Source of the DNA: Geosiphon pyriformis uo1
Taxonomy: Eukaryota; Fungi; Glomeromycota
NCBI GenBank assembly: GCA_016748015.1
Contig: JAAOMT010000512.1
Span: forward strand, 1,374,893 to 1,438,892
Length of the DNA: 64,000 nt
Direction: 5' to 3'
Below are positions 12,501 through 24,797 of the stretch, in pieces; position 1 is the first letter of the stretch; the number at the start of each line of letters is the position of its first letter. The notes beneath the pieces were generated by a model that did no database searches, was not told the DNA's origin, and saw only the letters and a program-made list of their open reading frames with translations. Made by a program: the position numbers and the translations under genes.

Positions 12501-13784
12501 CTAAAAAAAATTTAAAAATACATATAAATATTTTGCAAAATTTATTTTTAATTTTTTTGAAATTAAACATAATATTATTACAATTTAAACACTTATTAAA
12601 AAAAATATAAATTATTTAACCTAAAAATTATTTAATTTGAAAATTAAAATTCTACATAAAACATTATTTTTAATTTTAAATTATTTAAATTAATTGCAAC
12701 TTTTTAAAAGTTTGAATTTTAAAAAAAACTAATGCTATTTTGCGTTAATTATTGTTTACAAAAATAAAAAATTGTTAATATACATATATACACAATAGAG
12801 TTAAGAAAGTTTGTAGTATATAAATCATAATAAAAATATTAAAACGCAATTAAAAAACAAAGTTAATATTTTTATTAACAACAATCTACAATAAAATCAA
12901 TATTTTAACAATTTAAATTTTGTATTTTAAATAATTATATTAAAATATAATAATTTATGAATGTATTTTTTAAATAAAATAAATAAATTATAAACCAATA
13001 AATTAATAGTAATTATAATTTAATTCTTTTGTATAATTAAGTATTTTTTTATTTTTTTTACATTTTTTGCTATTATTATCTTTTTTATCTTTTTTGGTTT
13101 GAAATTTATATATTATAATCTGAACTTTACAAGCCATTTTTATTCCTTAGAAATCATGTAAATAAAAGCTAATTACTATTTCTTTGACTAATAACAATCT
13201 ACAAATCAAAAGCTTAAACAGTTTGATCTCATTGGTTTGTATTTTTTTTGATCCCTAAAAAAAATTTTTGTATTCAAAATATTTGATTTGACGATGATTA
13301 TTGCATTTAGGCTATAAACTTTGTAGGTACTCAATTTGAGAATTTATCATTTTTTGGAATTTAAGCCTTGGTTGATGGCATGACCTCCATATATTATACA
13401 AAAATTTTTGATTGACAAATCTATTTATTGTAGATTTTTTTCACGATAAAGTAACTCCCTGCCTGGTGATAGTATTAATTATCTACTACTACAAAGCTCA
13501 AAAATAAGACCCCTGATAGTACTAAATGATCTTTTTCATCATAAAACCCGTAATCACTCGTCCCCAAACTTGGATTAAATAATCTCGAGAAACCCACCAG
13601 GAAATCGTCGAGATCTCAAAAAATATTTACAAAAAATTACAAAGATAACAACATTAAAAAGATTAAAAGAATGAAAAACCTCACCGCCATAATACTACCC
13701 AAACTCCCATCTCATATGAGTATAGAAATATAAAAATTCCTGGATTTAAGAGACCCTTCTTGAATTTACACCAAGTTTCAAGAA

Positions 13785-16120
13785 TCATAATCCTACTCCA
13801 ACATCTACCGTTTCTTTTTTCGTTATCGGTATATGACCTTTTACATACCAATCACTTTCCGTTTTGTTCAAACCAATTTCTTTAGTCTCCCAATTAGCAA
13901 AGACATCCCGGTTATCATTATAGTGTTCGGGTGTCGGGGCATTAAAGGGAGAAATTGTATAGAATTGTCTCAGTTCTGGGTTACTAGATGAACGAATATT
14001 GACCCGTCGCCGTGGCCTGAGACAGATTTTAGATGATTTCAAATCAGCAGACGTTTCGATTGGGTTTGATGCTGATAATATGATTCCATCCTCTTCAGTT
14101 GAAGTAGCTTTGTCACATTTAGTAGGTAATGGTTCAGAAGGACCATAGAATGCCATCCCACTTAATTTATTGTTTAATTCTTCACAGCAACCATCTTTAA
14201 TTACAAAAGATTCTTCCTCTGAAGAACTTTCGTCCTCATAGCTCACGGTATCTTCGGCTACGGCAAATGAAGGCGTTGATTGTGAAGATCGCGAATCGGC
14301 GTATGAGCATCCGGCATTATAAAGTTCTATAGACTGGCTGGTGTTTGGCACCGAATATGCACGAGCGCATTGTTGTGCACGAATAAGATTGATATTTCGG
14401 TGATGTAGTGGAAGAACATTTTTAACCCAATAACCGGCGGCGTCAACAGCCTTTTGAGCAGGCTCAAGGAAACCGAAAGTTTGGAACACGTGGATCATAT
14501 CTGTTTAAGAACAAAGTACATGTCCCAATAAATTAAAATTTTCGCTTTTTGATGAGTAATTACAAGGATAAAAAATAAATTTTATATTTAATTTTAAAAG
14601 GTACCTTCGTAAATCTCGCATTGCACAAAGGTTGTCCCAGTTTTTTCAATTTTATCGGCCAGAAGTAAAATCTCGTCTCTGAGAACCTCAGAATCTCCAC
14701 ATTGTATTAGTATAGGAGGAAGATGATTCATGTCACCAAACAGTGGTGAAACATATGGATGAGTGATCAGATGAGAGCGTTCTTCGAAAGGGCTAAGGTA
14801 AAGACGAACAGGATGAATTGCATCTTCATCTTTGGGTTTAATGAGAATATCGAATTCCTGATTTGATTCCCAGCTGGAACAGGACATTGTCAAGTCAACC
14901 CATGGCTAAATGAAATTAGGAATATTATTTCACTAAATTTTATTTATTGAGCAAGATTCTTGTGAAAGAGACTCCCTACCGAAATTAATAAGACACCACC
15001 AGGAAGAGGCATACCCTGGTCACGCAGATAGAATATTAAGGCTAAAGCTATTAACCAAAAAAAGTAAAATTATATATCATTATATGATAGATCACGTTAC
15101 ACATCTAATAAATGAAGACAACAACTTAAATTAAAATTACTTACTTAAGCCACCGCCAGCACTGTCACCTGATACAACAATATTTTGGGGCTGTATTGCT
15201 AAGCCATTAGGGTCAGTTAAATATAAATAGGAATGAATAACGTCATGAAGACCACAAGGAAATGGACCTTCTGGCGCGAGCCTATAATTTGTGGCTAATT
15301 TTAAAGATCAAAAAAAATCAATAGAGGCTTTATCCATCGATCATATTAACAATCGATAAAAAATTATTAGATGAATACCAAATACTCTTCTTCCAGTGGC
15401 TTTTGATAACCGATAGTGCAAATCTCGATGAGTTCTGGTTGACATTACATAGTAAGCACCACCATGTATCGCCAATATTACTTTCTCATTAGACCATTTA
15501 ACATTGTTTTCGTCAATCCAAAAATGTTGCTTATTTGCCACAGAGACTTGATATTCGGTATTAATCTTACTCCACAATGATTTTTGTACTACCCATTCAC
15601 CGTCGATTTCACGAATCCCATTCTCTCTTTGATCAAGCTCTTTTAAAATCCCATTCAAACCACGATTGTAAACTTTAAAAGAAACGGGAGTAACCAAAAT
15701 ATCCGAAGGTAACAAAGGATTAGGGAAATCACATAAACGACGTATTAGTTTTACATCAGCGAGGTGGGTGTGATTAGAAAGGTTTCTCATAAAGCTGGAC
15801 ATTATTGTGACTTGGACAGGCCAAGAAGGTCGCCTTGGACCGGTCAAGTGATGAGCTAAGAAGTTTGCGGTTAGACGAGTAGCTTGCGAAGTAACTAAAC
15901 CGGCATGTTCCAGCAAGCCCCAAGTTTTATTGCCTAACCATCCTCTTGAAGTTGACTTTCGAACTACTACTTTATTATCTATTAATTTTTGTTTGAGATC
16001 ATTGACATTTGAGGAAGAGGACGAAGAATTAATAAGGTATTTTTGTTGCTTCCCAAGTTTCTCCAAGACATAATTATGAAAAGCGGTAAAATCATCAAAA
16101 TTTTGGAGTGACATTATCAT
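13785..16120 (-). CDS. Alpha/beta-hydrolase, HSL/GDXG lipase-esterase family, with a long low-complexity C-terminus; exons 16120-15379, 15294-15145, 15047-14980, 14905-14605, 14500-13785
   Basis: Motifs HGGAY (oxyanion hole), NYRLAPE, GDSAGG (nucleophile), SPWVDL, SPLFGD, EVLRDE and DMIHVFQ (catalytic His). All four introns are GT-AG and keep the frame. Confidence 0.9.
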
Positions 16121-18699
16121 TTCTTTTCAAACAGGATAGTTCATAAAATTTGAATAGAGTTTTTATTCAAGAGTTTTAGTGATTAATCTCGAAGACTTGA
16201 AGCCCAGGAAAAAGTTTGAGGAAGGTTGGGTTTTGTATGATTTATTCAAACCTGATTACAATCATTGTAAGTGATGAAAATATTTTAAATCATATCAGCC
16301 GATGTGCCATTTGGAAGCCACACATTACAACATACTTTACGACATTATGATCACAAACTGATCACATGGAAATTAAGGATTACATATCTATCTCTCGAAA
16401 ATAACGAGCGAGACTTGATTTGAAAATCATCTAATCCCGCGTTTACTCCTTTACCTTATTAGTGATATTCATTCAAACTCGGCGTTTCCCCCGCTTTCAA
16501 AAAGAGAAAATCTTTGTTCATTGAATATCGTTGTCGTTGTTTGTTTGAAGATTTTATCTTTGGAAACGATAAACATTGTTATTTACGTTTAACACAATTT
16601 TTGAATGCCCCAACGAATTACATTAACTTAATATGTACATCTTTGGTAGTATTGTATTACACTCGTGAGTCAAAATTTGGTAAATAAAACTTTTGTTACG
16701 AGATTTGGGAACTCCTTATATGTGGGGAAAAGATTAGATTGACCAATAATTTCATCTATTGATTTGCGTCTGGAATAATTTCGAGAATAATCGATGTGAC
16801 GCATATTTTTTATGGTAACAATTTGGTCCCCCAATAAAAGATAATCCAATTTTTAAGGCGCAGCATAAATGCAATGCAGATTCAAGAATAATGATCTATT
16901 CAAACCACCATGTGAACAATGGTTCTCAAAAAACGACATAAAACTCACAAAGTATCTATTTGAAAAAGTATTCGAGACAGTTTCCTTTTGAAGAGAACTA
17001 TTTCTCAGGCGATGTACCCAGGTAAATGGTTTATGGTTGAAAAGCTAAAATATATTGTTTTGACCATTCTGCTTAGTCATTGATATTTCAAAGAGGCTCT
17101 TAATAATACGCCAATTTCTCTCAAATTGTTAACGGCCACATTTTTCAATCCTGTTTTCCTCAATTGTTTACTTTCGCCTATTTTTTTTAGTCAAATTACA
17201 TGTTGGATTTTCCAAATTTGCCGAATATTTTTAAGGGGCAGCTGTTTTCATGTGGGAATTTTATGATAAGTCGATAATCAGCATACCGAATATACAGAGA
17301 GGCTGAGACTTTGAAATTTCATAAGTTCTGAGGAGGCTGAAAGAATGCATTCATGTGTCATTTTCTCGAAATATTGGATATGCTTATTTATAAAAAATAC
17401 ATTTTTCGCTTTCCCACGAATTTGATTTCCAAGGGGTAACTAATGTACGACTTTATTACATGTATGCAAGTCAAAGAGTCTAGAGTGAAAAACGACTTTT
17501 TTTAAGACCTATATTATAGAAAAAAAACTACTCGACGCTTAAAAAACTACATATTTACTGAAAGTCCAAAAAAAGACAGATCCTCGTAAACCTAGAAGAT
17601 TCAAGAAATAACAAGAATAAAGTATCAGCTGTGGTAAAATCATAAAGTTTTGGATCAAATTTATTACAAAAGTATTTTTGTTATCACAAATTAAAAGCCT
17701 ATTTCACTTTTTTAAAGTCATTAAGTTTTTGCATTTTAATTTTTTAAAATTTTTTATGGATTAAGAAATATCAGAATAAATGAATAAAGTCAAATTTTAT
17801 TTAAAATGTAAATTTATTTAAGTTTTTGGTTTTAACAAAATAATATAATATTATATATAAAATTCTAAAATAAAATAGCTGAACTTATTATTTATCAGTT
17901 CTACAAATTAATATACAGAAATAAATTAATCAAACGGAATTTTTAATAATTAAATGTGAAAAAATTTTATTGTAAATCTAATATGTTAAATTAAAATGAA
18001 TAGATAGAAATACAAAATTTTATAATTAAATTACAAATAAAACTTTAAAACTAATATTAATTACAACAACACAAAAACAAATTTTTAAATACAAATATTA
18101 ATTTGCTTAGTTATAAATTTTATTTTTTATTAATATATTTAAAATTAAGCAATAAAAAATAATTTTTTTACTTTAATTTAAATAAACAAATATCAATTAT
18201 TATTTTTATTCTTATTTTCAATAAGTTTTTGTTTATTTGTTATATTATTATAATTATTAAAAATATAATTATTAGTATTTTAATCTTTAATAAAATTATA
18301 TTTTAATATTAATATTCAATATTTATTAATTATATTTTTAAAATTAATTAATTAAAATTTTTTTTTAATATTTCAATATTTTATATATAATATTTAACTC
18401 GAATTTTTTTAATATTATAATTGTTAATAAATACCAATTTAATTATAAATTTTTTTATAAATAAACTTTAAATGTCTTGTAAAAAAAATTAGCAATTAAA
18501 ATAACAAGTAATATAACTTAAAAAAATTATTTAATAAATAATTAAATCATAAACATTTACTTGAATTATTAATTTTATATATTTTTATAAAAATTTTTAT
18601 TTTAAAGTGTTTTATAATCATAAATACATAATTTTTTAAGTTTTAATTATTAATATTTATTATTATTGTTTAATAAGTACAATTCAACTACTATTTAAC

Positions 18700-21600
18700 A
18701 TATAAAAACGAACTAAGTAATTTTAACTAAATATAGTTTATGTACTTACTATATGTAACCAACCACTTAAACCAATCAAGATAATACTATATACTTATAC
18801 AAACACTTATATTATTATTTAAATTTAAAAATAACAAACAAGTTTTATGTAAACTAAAATCAACATCAAATAATTCAACAACAATAAGCAAATAAATTAT
18901 TTTTTCTGATAAAACATTAAACAATTTATGTATATTATTTAACAAAATTTCTATATTACCAATTAAATTATTTTTTTTTATATTTATCTTAAATTTAGAT
19001 CTAAATATACTATAATACTTTTTAGTTAAATAGCAGACAAAATTAATTATCATCAAAACTATATTTTTTTTTATTAAAAACCAATACAATCTTATTAATT
19101 TAATTTTTAAGAACAAACTTTTATATAAGATTATATAGATGTTTATATTTAATATATATTATAAAAAAATCCAAAGCACTAAAAACATTAAAAGAAAACA
19201 AACTCTTATCAAAAACTTCTATAATTCAATACAATTCAACAAAATCTCAGAACATATAGAAGTATCTTTCAAGCAAATAAAAACATAGTCTAATAGTTTA
19301 ATATTACTATATAATAAACAGAAAATGTTTGAATAATTTTTATTATATAGTTTTTTTTTAACTATAACCAGCAATTTTTTATAGATTATTTTCATTAAAT
19401 ATGTATATAGAGTTGTTAAAATCTTTATAAACTCAGAAAACATATAAAAATTTAGATGCTAAATTTTATCAGTATAAATCCAATTTATTTTACAAATAAA
19501 CAATTTATCAATAATATTTGAATCTGAATTTACTTTCTATTAAGCATAATAAACAGTTTAATAAATATTATAAACAAAATAACAAGCATTATTTAAAATA
19601 ATCAAACTATTAATCACAATAATTTAGTCATTATTAATATTTCTTAAATTTTTTTGATTTTTACTTATTATACCAAAATATTTTTAGACTTAATTAGATT
19701 TATTTTTTTACTTAATATTTGTTCTGAAAATTCAATAAATACTACTTAAATTTCAAATTATATGTGTCTATAACAGTTTGACTGTCTGTTTGCAAAACTA
19801 CTAAATAAATTAAAAAAACATATTTCAAAGTCAAGACAATTGTCTGCAATTCTGTTATTATTAAAAACAGTAATTTGTAAACTTTAGCACTTATTTTTAT
19901 TCTAACATTAAAAAAATAAACCATTGTTTTATTAGTTATCATTGTCATTTTCAATTTTTTCAATAAATTATTAATATAAATATTAATTACTTTAGTTTAC
20001 AATTTGTGCAAATTTTCTTAAATATTCAAAAATTTTCTTGAACACAAGAAATTTAAACAACCAAAACTAAGAACAATCTTATTAGTTCTAATAAAAAAAT
20101 TGTTTATATAAGTTGAAGTTTTTATAAATCACAATAATACTAAGTCTTTAGAACTCAATTTTTTCTAACAATAAAAAATCTTTCAATCTATTATTAATTC
20201 ATGTATGTCTAATAATCTGTCTCTAAAAGCAACTTTAAAGTGCTTTAAAAAACAAACTATATTAAAGTAATAAAAATTATCTAAAATTTTAGACATTAAA
20301 AAGTAGTTAAAAGAATAAAAAACATTAAGCAAGTTATTTATTAAAAAAATCTTGTTGTCCAAAAAAATTTTCACCATATCTGCCAAAAAATTATTTACAA
20401 GACTGATTTTTAATCTGACTGAATATTACAATAGATTTATTAACATCCAATTTGTAATTTGTAAATTTAAAAAACAGTATTTGAACAGATAACTGAAAAT
20501 TTTTATTATATTAGAAAATCCAATTATTAAAGCCATTTTGTTTTTTATTTGCACTTGCTTAAAAAATTTTAATCTATATAAGAATAAATAAAATAAAGCT
20601 TTATTAAGAAAGTTTTTTAGCAAATTAGTCTTAGATTAAAGTTTTTTTTAATCATAATATTTTATTTCTAACACATATTTTTAGCTACAAAACTAAATTG
20701 TATTTAATAATTAATTATAAATTATAAGATTACTAAAACCAAATAAGAAGATTGTTTGTTTGACAATATTTTTTTGAGCATTATATTCAAAAAAAACTTA
20801 ATATCTAAATATGTTTTAGAAAAATTTAGCTTATATGTATTTTTTATTAACAAAAAAATTCTTAAGTATTTGCGAAATTTATTATTCTTAACAATAAAAA
20901 TTGGTTAACTATTAATATATAAAGAAGCATCTATAACTTTTTGGTTAATAGAAATAGCTACTGTCTTATTAATTATAAAAAATTCACTAATAATATTCAA
21001 AATATATTGTGTTAAAGTCTGATTATTTCTTACTCAAATTATATTATCTACAAAAATACTAACTGCAAAAAAAAGATCTTTTCTTACTGATTTTTGCTCT
21101 GCTTATTTTTGTTACAAAGTTTGTAATTAATTTATATTTACATAAGTATTTATGTTTTTTTATTTTATATAAAAGATAATTATAAAAAATTCTTTAAAAA
21201 ACAATAAAAAAACTTTGCTTTAGTCCAGTTTATTAAGCATTTTATATTTATTAAATAAACCAAAATCAGTTATAATTTGATTAATTTTATTTATATGTAT
21301 GTTTTCAAAAAATCTAATAAATTTGTTATATATTTTAATATGCTTTAAACTAACCTTCAAATAATACCACCTAATTAACTTATAAGTTTTACACATATTC
21401 TATAGAACCAACTAAATCTCACAGTCTTTTTTCAAAACATTCTCTATTATTAAACCAATAGTAAATACAAAAAATTGAATTAAAGTATTTTTTAAAACCA
21501 AAAAATTGTTATTCTAAAAAACATTGAACTTATTATAAGCAAATAAAATATAATTTAACAGAATCTTAAACAAAATTTTTTTTACTATTTTAATTAGTAC

Positions 21601-23320
21601 AATAGACTACATATTTGTAAAAATATTATTTTAATTATAAGATTTAAAGATTATTAAAACTTATATTTTTTTTCAAAAAGCTAAAATATTATTGAAAATT
21701 AAATAAAAATTTAATAAATTCAAAAAACATTCTATTAATATATCATTACAATGTTTTTATAGTTTATTAAATATATTAAACAGATTAATAATCTTGTTAT
21801 TAGACAAATTATCAATTACCAAATCCAATTTATTCATACAGATTTTACTCATTACACCAAAAAAAATATTTTCTTTTATATAACTTAATAATACTTATTA
21901 GTAAGACTAAAAATCAGACAACATTAAAAACATTCTATGTTTTTTTGTTTATCTTATCATGATTTATCAATTTTATATCTTATTTTATCTGATTTCAAAA
22001 CCAATTTTTCTTCAATTACTAAATAATTCAAAACCACTTTATAAAAAACTACTTAAAAACACTTTTTATTATGCTTTTTTTATTAAAACAAAAATTTTCT
22101 ATCTGTTTTTTAATTATCTTTTTAATAAATACACTTTTGGTTACTTTTAATTTATAGTACTTAGATTTTTAATAGCTTTTCTTAACTTTTAATAAGTATT
22201 TAACAATTTTAAGATACTTTATACTATTATAATTATATTATTAATCTTAAAAGTTTTAATATTATCTAGTATTGACCAAATTTTAAAAAAACAATCAAAC
22301 TTAAACTTATTATCTAACTTTAACTTTTTTTATTAACTTAGCAATTAACAATTTCAGCCTAAAAAATTTTGAAGATTGTTTGTTTCTAAAATAATTATAC
22401 TTACTAAACTAATATCTGAAAAAAATTTTATTAGCTAAATTTATTATTATTTTTCTTAATATTTTCTATATTGCATCCAAATTTCCAAAATTTTTTGTAT
22501 TTACAAATTTATGCAGCATTTTTGATAGCTTAGCAAAAAGTATTTCTTAAAATATGTTTATTTAATTTTATTTACATTTTTTGTCTTAAATTTTTAGTAA
22601 TTTTTATTAATCTATTTGTGAATATTATTTAGATAAATATTCAAAAAACCTCTTAAATTAATCAAAACCATAACTGTTTTGTAATTTGTATTAAAAAATT
22701 TGAATATAAAATCTATTTAATAACTTGTAATTATTGACAACAAACTTTTATTTAAAAAAATATAATTAATAACTTTTTTAACTCTTTTGAAGTTGTTTTA
22801 GGTAGAAACTTTAACCAAAAAATGTTTATTAAACAAATTAACCAAACTCAATTCCAAACATTTCTTAAGATTTGCACTTTTTTAGATCTATCTTTATTGA
22901 AATTATTTTTTAATATTATAAAAAAACTAAAATATTTATTTTAACAATAAAAAAATTAATTTTAAAGACCTAATTAAATCTAATACTTACAAATATTCTA
23001 GCATACAAACCAAAAACCAGAACTAAAAGTTTATCTTTAAATAAAACATAAATTGATAAAATCTAATTAGATATTTTATTAATCTTTAAAACATACCAAA
23101 CCAAAAAATTGTTCATAATAACAACTACATTAGCATTAAAAAAGTTTTTATTTACACTAAATATAAAGATTCAGACTTTATCAAATTTATTTATAATTTA
23201 TGACTTAGTATTAAACTTTAATTTTGTTTTTATTATAATAAATATTATATTTTCAGACTTTATATATCAAAAAAAATATTATTTTGCTTAGCCAAATTGT
23301 TTATTTTTTTAATATTGCAT
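18700..23320 (-). mobile_element. Non-LTR retrotransposon (LINE) relic with an essentially complete ORF2 (APE endonuclease-RT-RNase H-C-terminal Cys motif), hypermutated
   Basis: Minus-strand translations keep the domain order once G>A/C>T changes are reversed. CNIKKIN (~TCNVRGIN) near 23310; ILKNNFN and INYIF (~GGDFN, IDYIF) at 22730-22920; LTNM*SIVLIK (~NTRPIALIE) near 21600; LVL*NMCKTY (~QDMRKAY) near 21400; IFVDN (~FVDD) near 21050; ITELQTIVLTL...TDSQTVI (RNase H) in ORF 19742-19963; FCLLYSNIKLLDYVFIC (zinc finger) in ORF 19219-19443. Confidence 0.82.
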
Positions 23321-24316
23321 TGTTACAGATGATTATTTGAGATTTTAAATCAAATAACAAACTCATAATTTGGTGCTTAATAACTGATATGATTGGTATT
23401 ATCTAAAGGTTTTAGTAATCCAAAGGTTTTAGTTGAGTCTTTTGTATAATAAACAGAGATTTAATAGAGTGCAATTCTTTTGTGATAAGTTTCCCAATTT
23501 TTTTTTTCAGCTTGGTGGCCAGTTTATTCTGGCAGTTGTGCCTTTCTGGTAAGCTATCCAATTCTTATTCTGTACTCTTCTATTTAGGTCTTTTACCAGG
23601 CTATCTGTGATGTCAATAACTCAGTGCTTAATTTTTTAATCAATTAGTAAACAAGAAACAAATAAAGAAAATAAAAATAAAGAAAAGAAAATAAAGAAAA
23701 TTAAGCCAAGACAATAAAGTTAGTATCTTGTCAATAGCTATGATCAAGAACTATTGTTTCAGTGTGATCAAATATTTAATATTATCAACATAAAGTATTG
23801 ATAGTGGGAAGAGTAATTTAGATGGTGAATAATTATTTATTAATTCTGAAAATTCTAATAGAAATATAGTAATAGTGTTATAATTGAAACCCATAGTTTT
23901 TATTAGTTATCACATGTATTAGCCATTGATGTCATATAATTAGCCACCCTATTTTTAGATAGTGATTGTTGACCTAATCAATGACCTGACCATTAACCTG
24001 ATCATTAACCTGATCGTTGACCTGGTCATTGATCACTTTAGATAGCTATATAAGCAATGATTCTCTTAGCTGTAGAAAGACATGATCAAAGTAACGAAAT
24101 AAACAATATCAATTACTTCTTCTCATAATTGTTTATTCCCCTTTCCTTACCTTCAAGTATCTACTTGTTGGCATTCACATATCTTATCTTTTTCCCTTCT
24201 TGATTTGTATTTGTTAAAATTAGCCTGAGAAGCAATTGGCTTGCTCTTGTAATTCATTGAATAAAGAAACGATTGAAAAGCACAATGATACCTGTTATTG
24301 ATTCTAAGAATTGTTT

Positions 24317-24797
24317 NNNNNNNNNNNNNNNNNNNNNNNNNNNNNNNNNNNNNNNNNNNNNNNNNNNNNNNNNNNNNNNNNNNNNNNNNNNNNNNNNNNN
24401 NNNNNNNNNNNNNNNNNNNNNNNNNNNNNNNNNNNNNNNNNNNNNNNNNNNNNNNNNNNNNNNNNNNNNNNNNNNNNNNNNNNNNNNNNNNNNNNNNNNN
24501 NNNNNNNNNNNNNNNNNNNNNNNNNNNNNNNNNNNNNNNNNNNNNNNNNNNNNNNNNNNNNNNNNNNNNNNNNNNNNNNNNNNNNNNNNNNNNNNNNNNN
24601 NNNNNNNNNNNNNNNNNNNNNNNNNNNNNNNNNNNNNNNNNNNNNNNNNNNNNNNNNNNNNNNNNNNNNNNNNNNNNNNNNNNNNNNNNNNNNNNNNNNN
24701 NNNNNNNNNNNNNNNNNNNNNNNNNNNNNNNNNNNNNNNNNNNNNNNNNNNNNNNNNNNNNNNNNNNNNNNNNNNNNNNNNNNNNNNNNNNNNNNNN
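24317..24797. other. Assembly gap (N run)
   Basis: Run of N covering the end of the B 5' LTR and its PBS. Confidence 1.

Noticed and set aside
21595-21625. Plus-strand 'TIDYIFV' suggesting a second, inverted LINE endonuclease (twin-priming inversion)
   Set aside because: The same bases are the RT 'NTRPIAL' region of the continuous minus-strand LINE, whose own endonuclease motifs lie at ~22730-22920. The match is coincidental.
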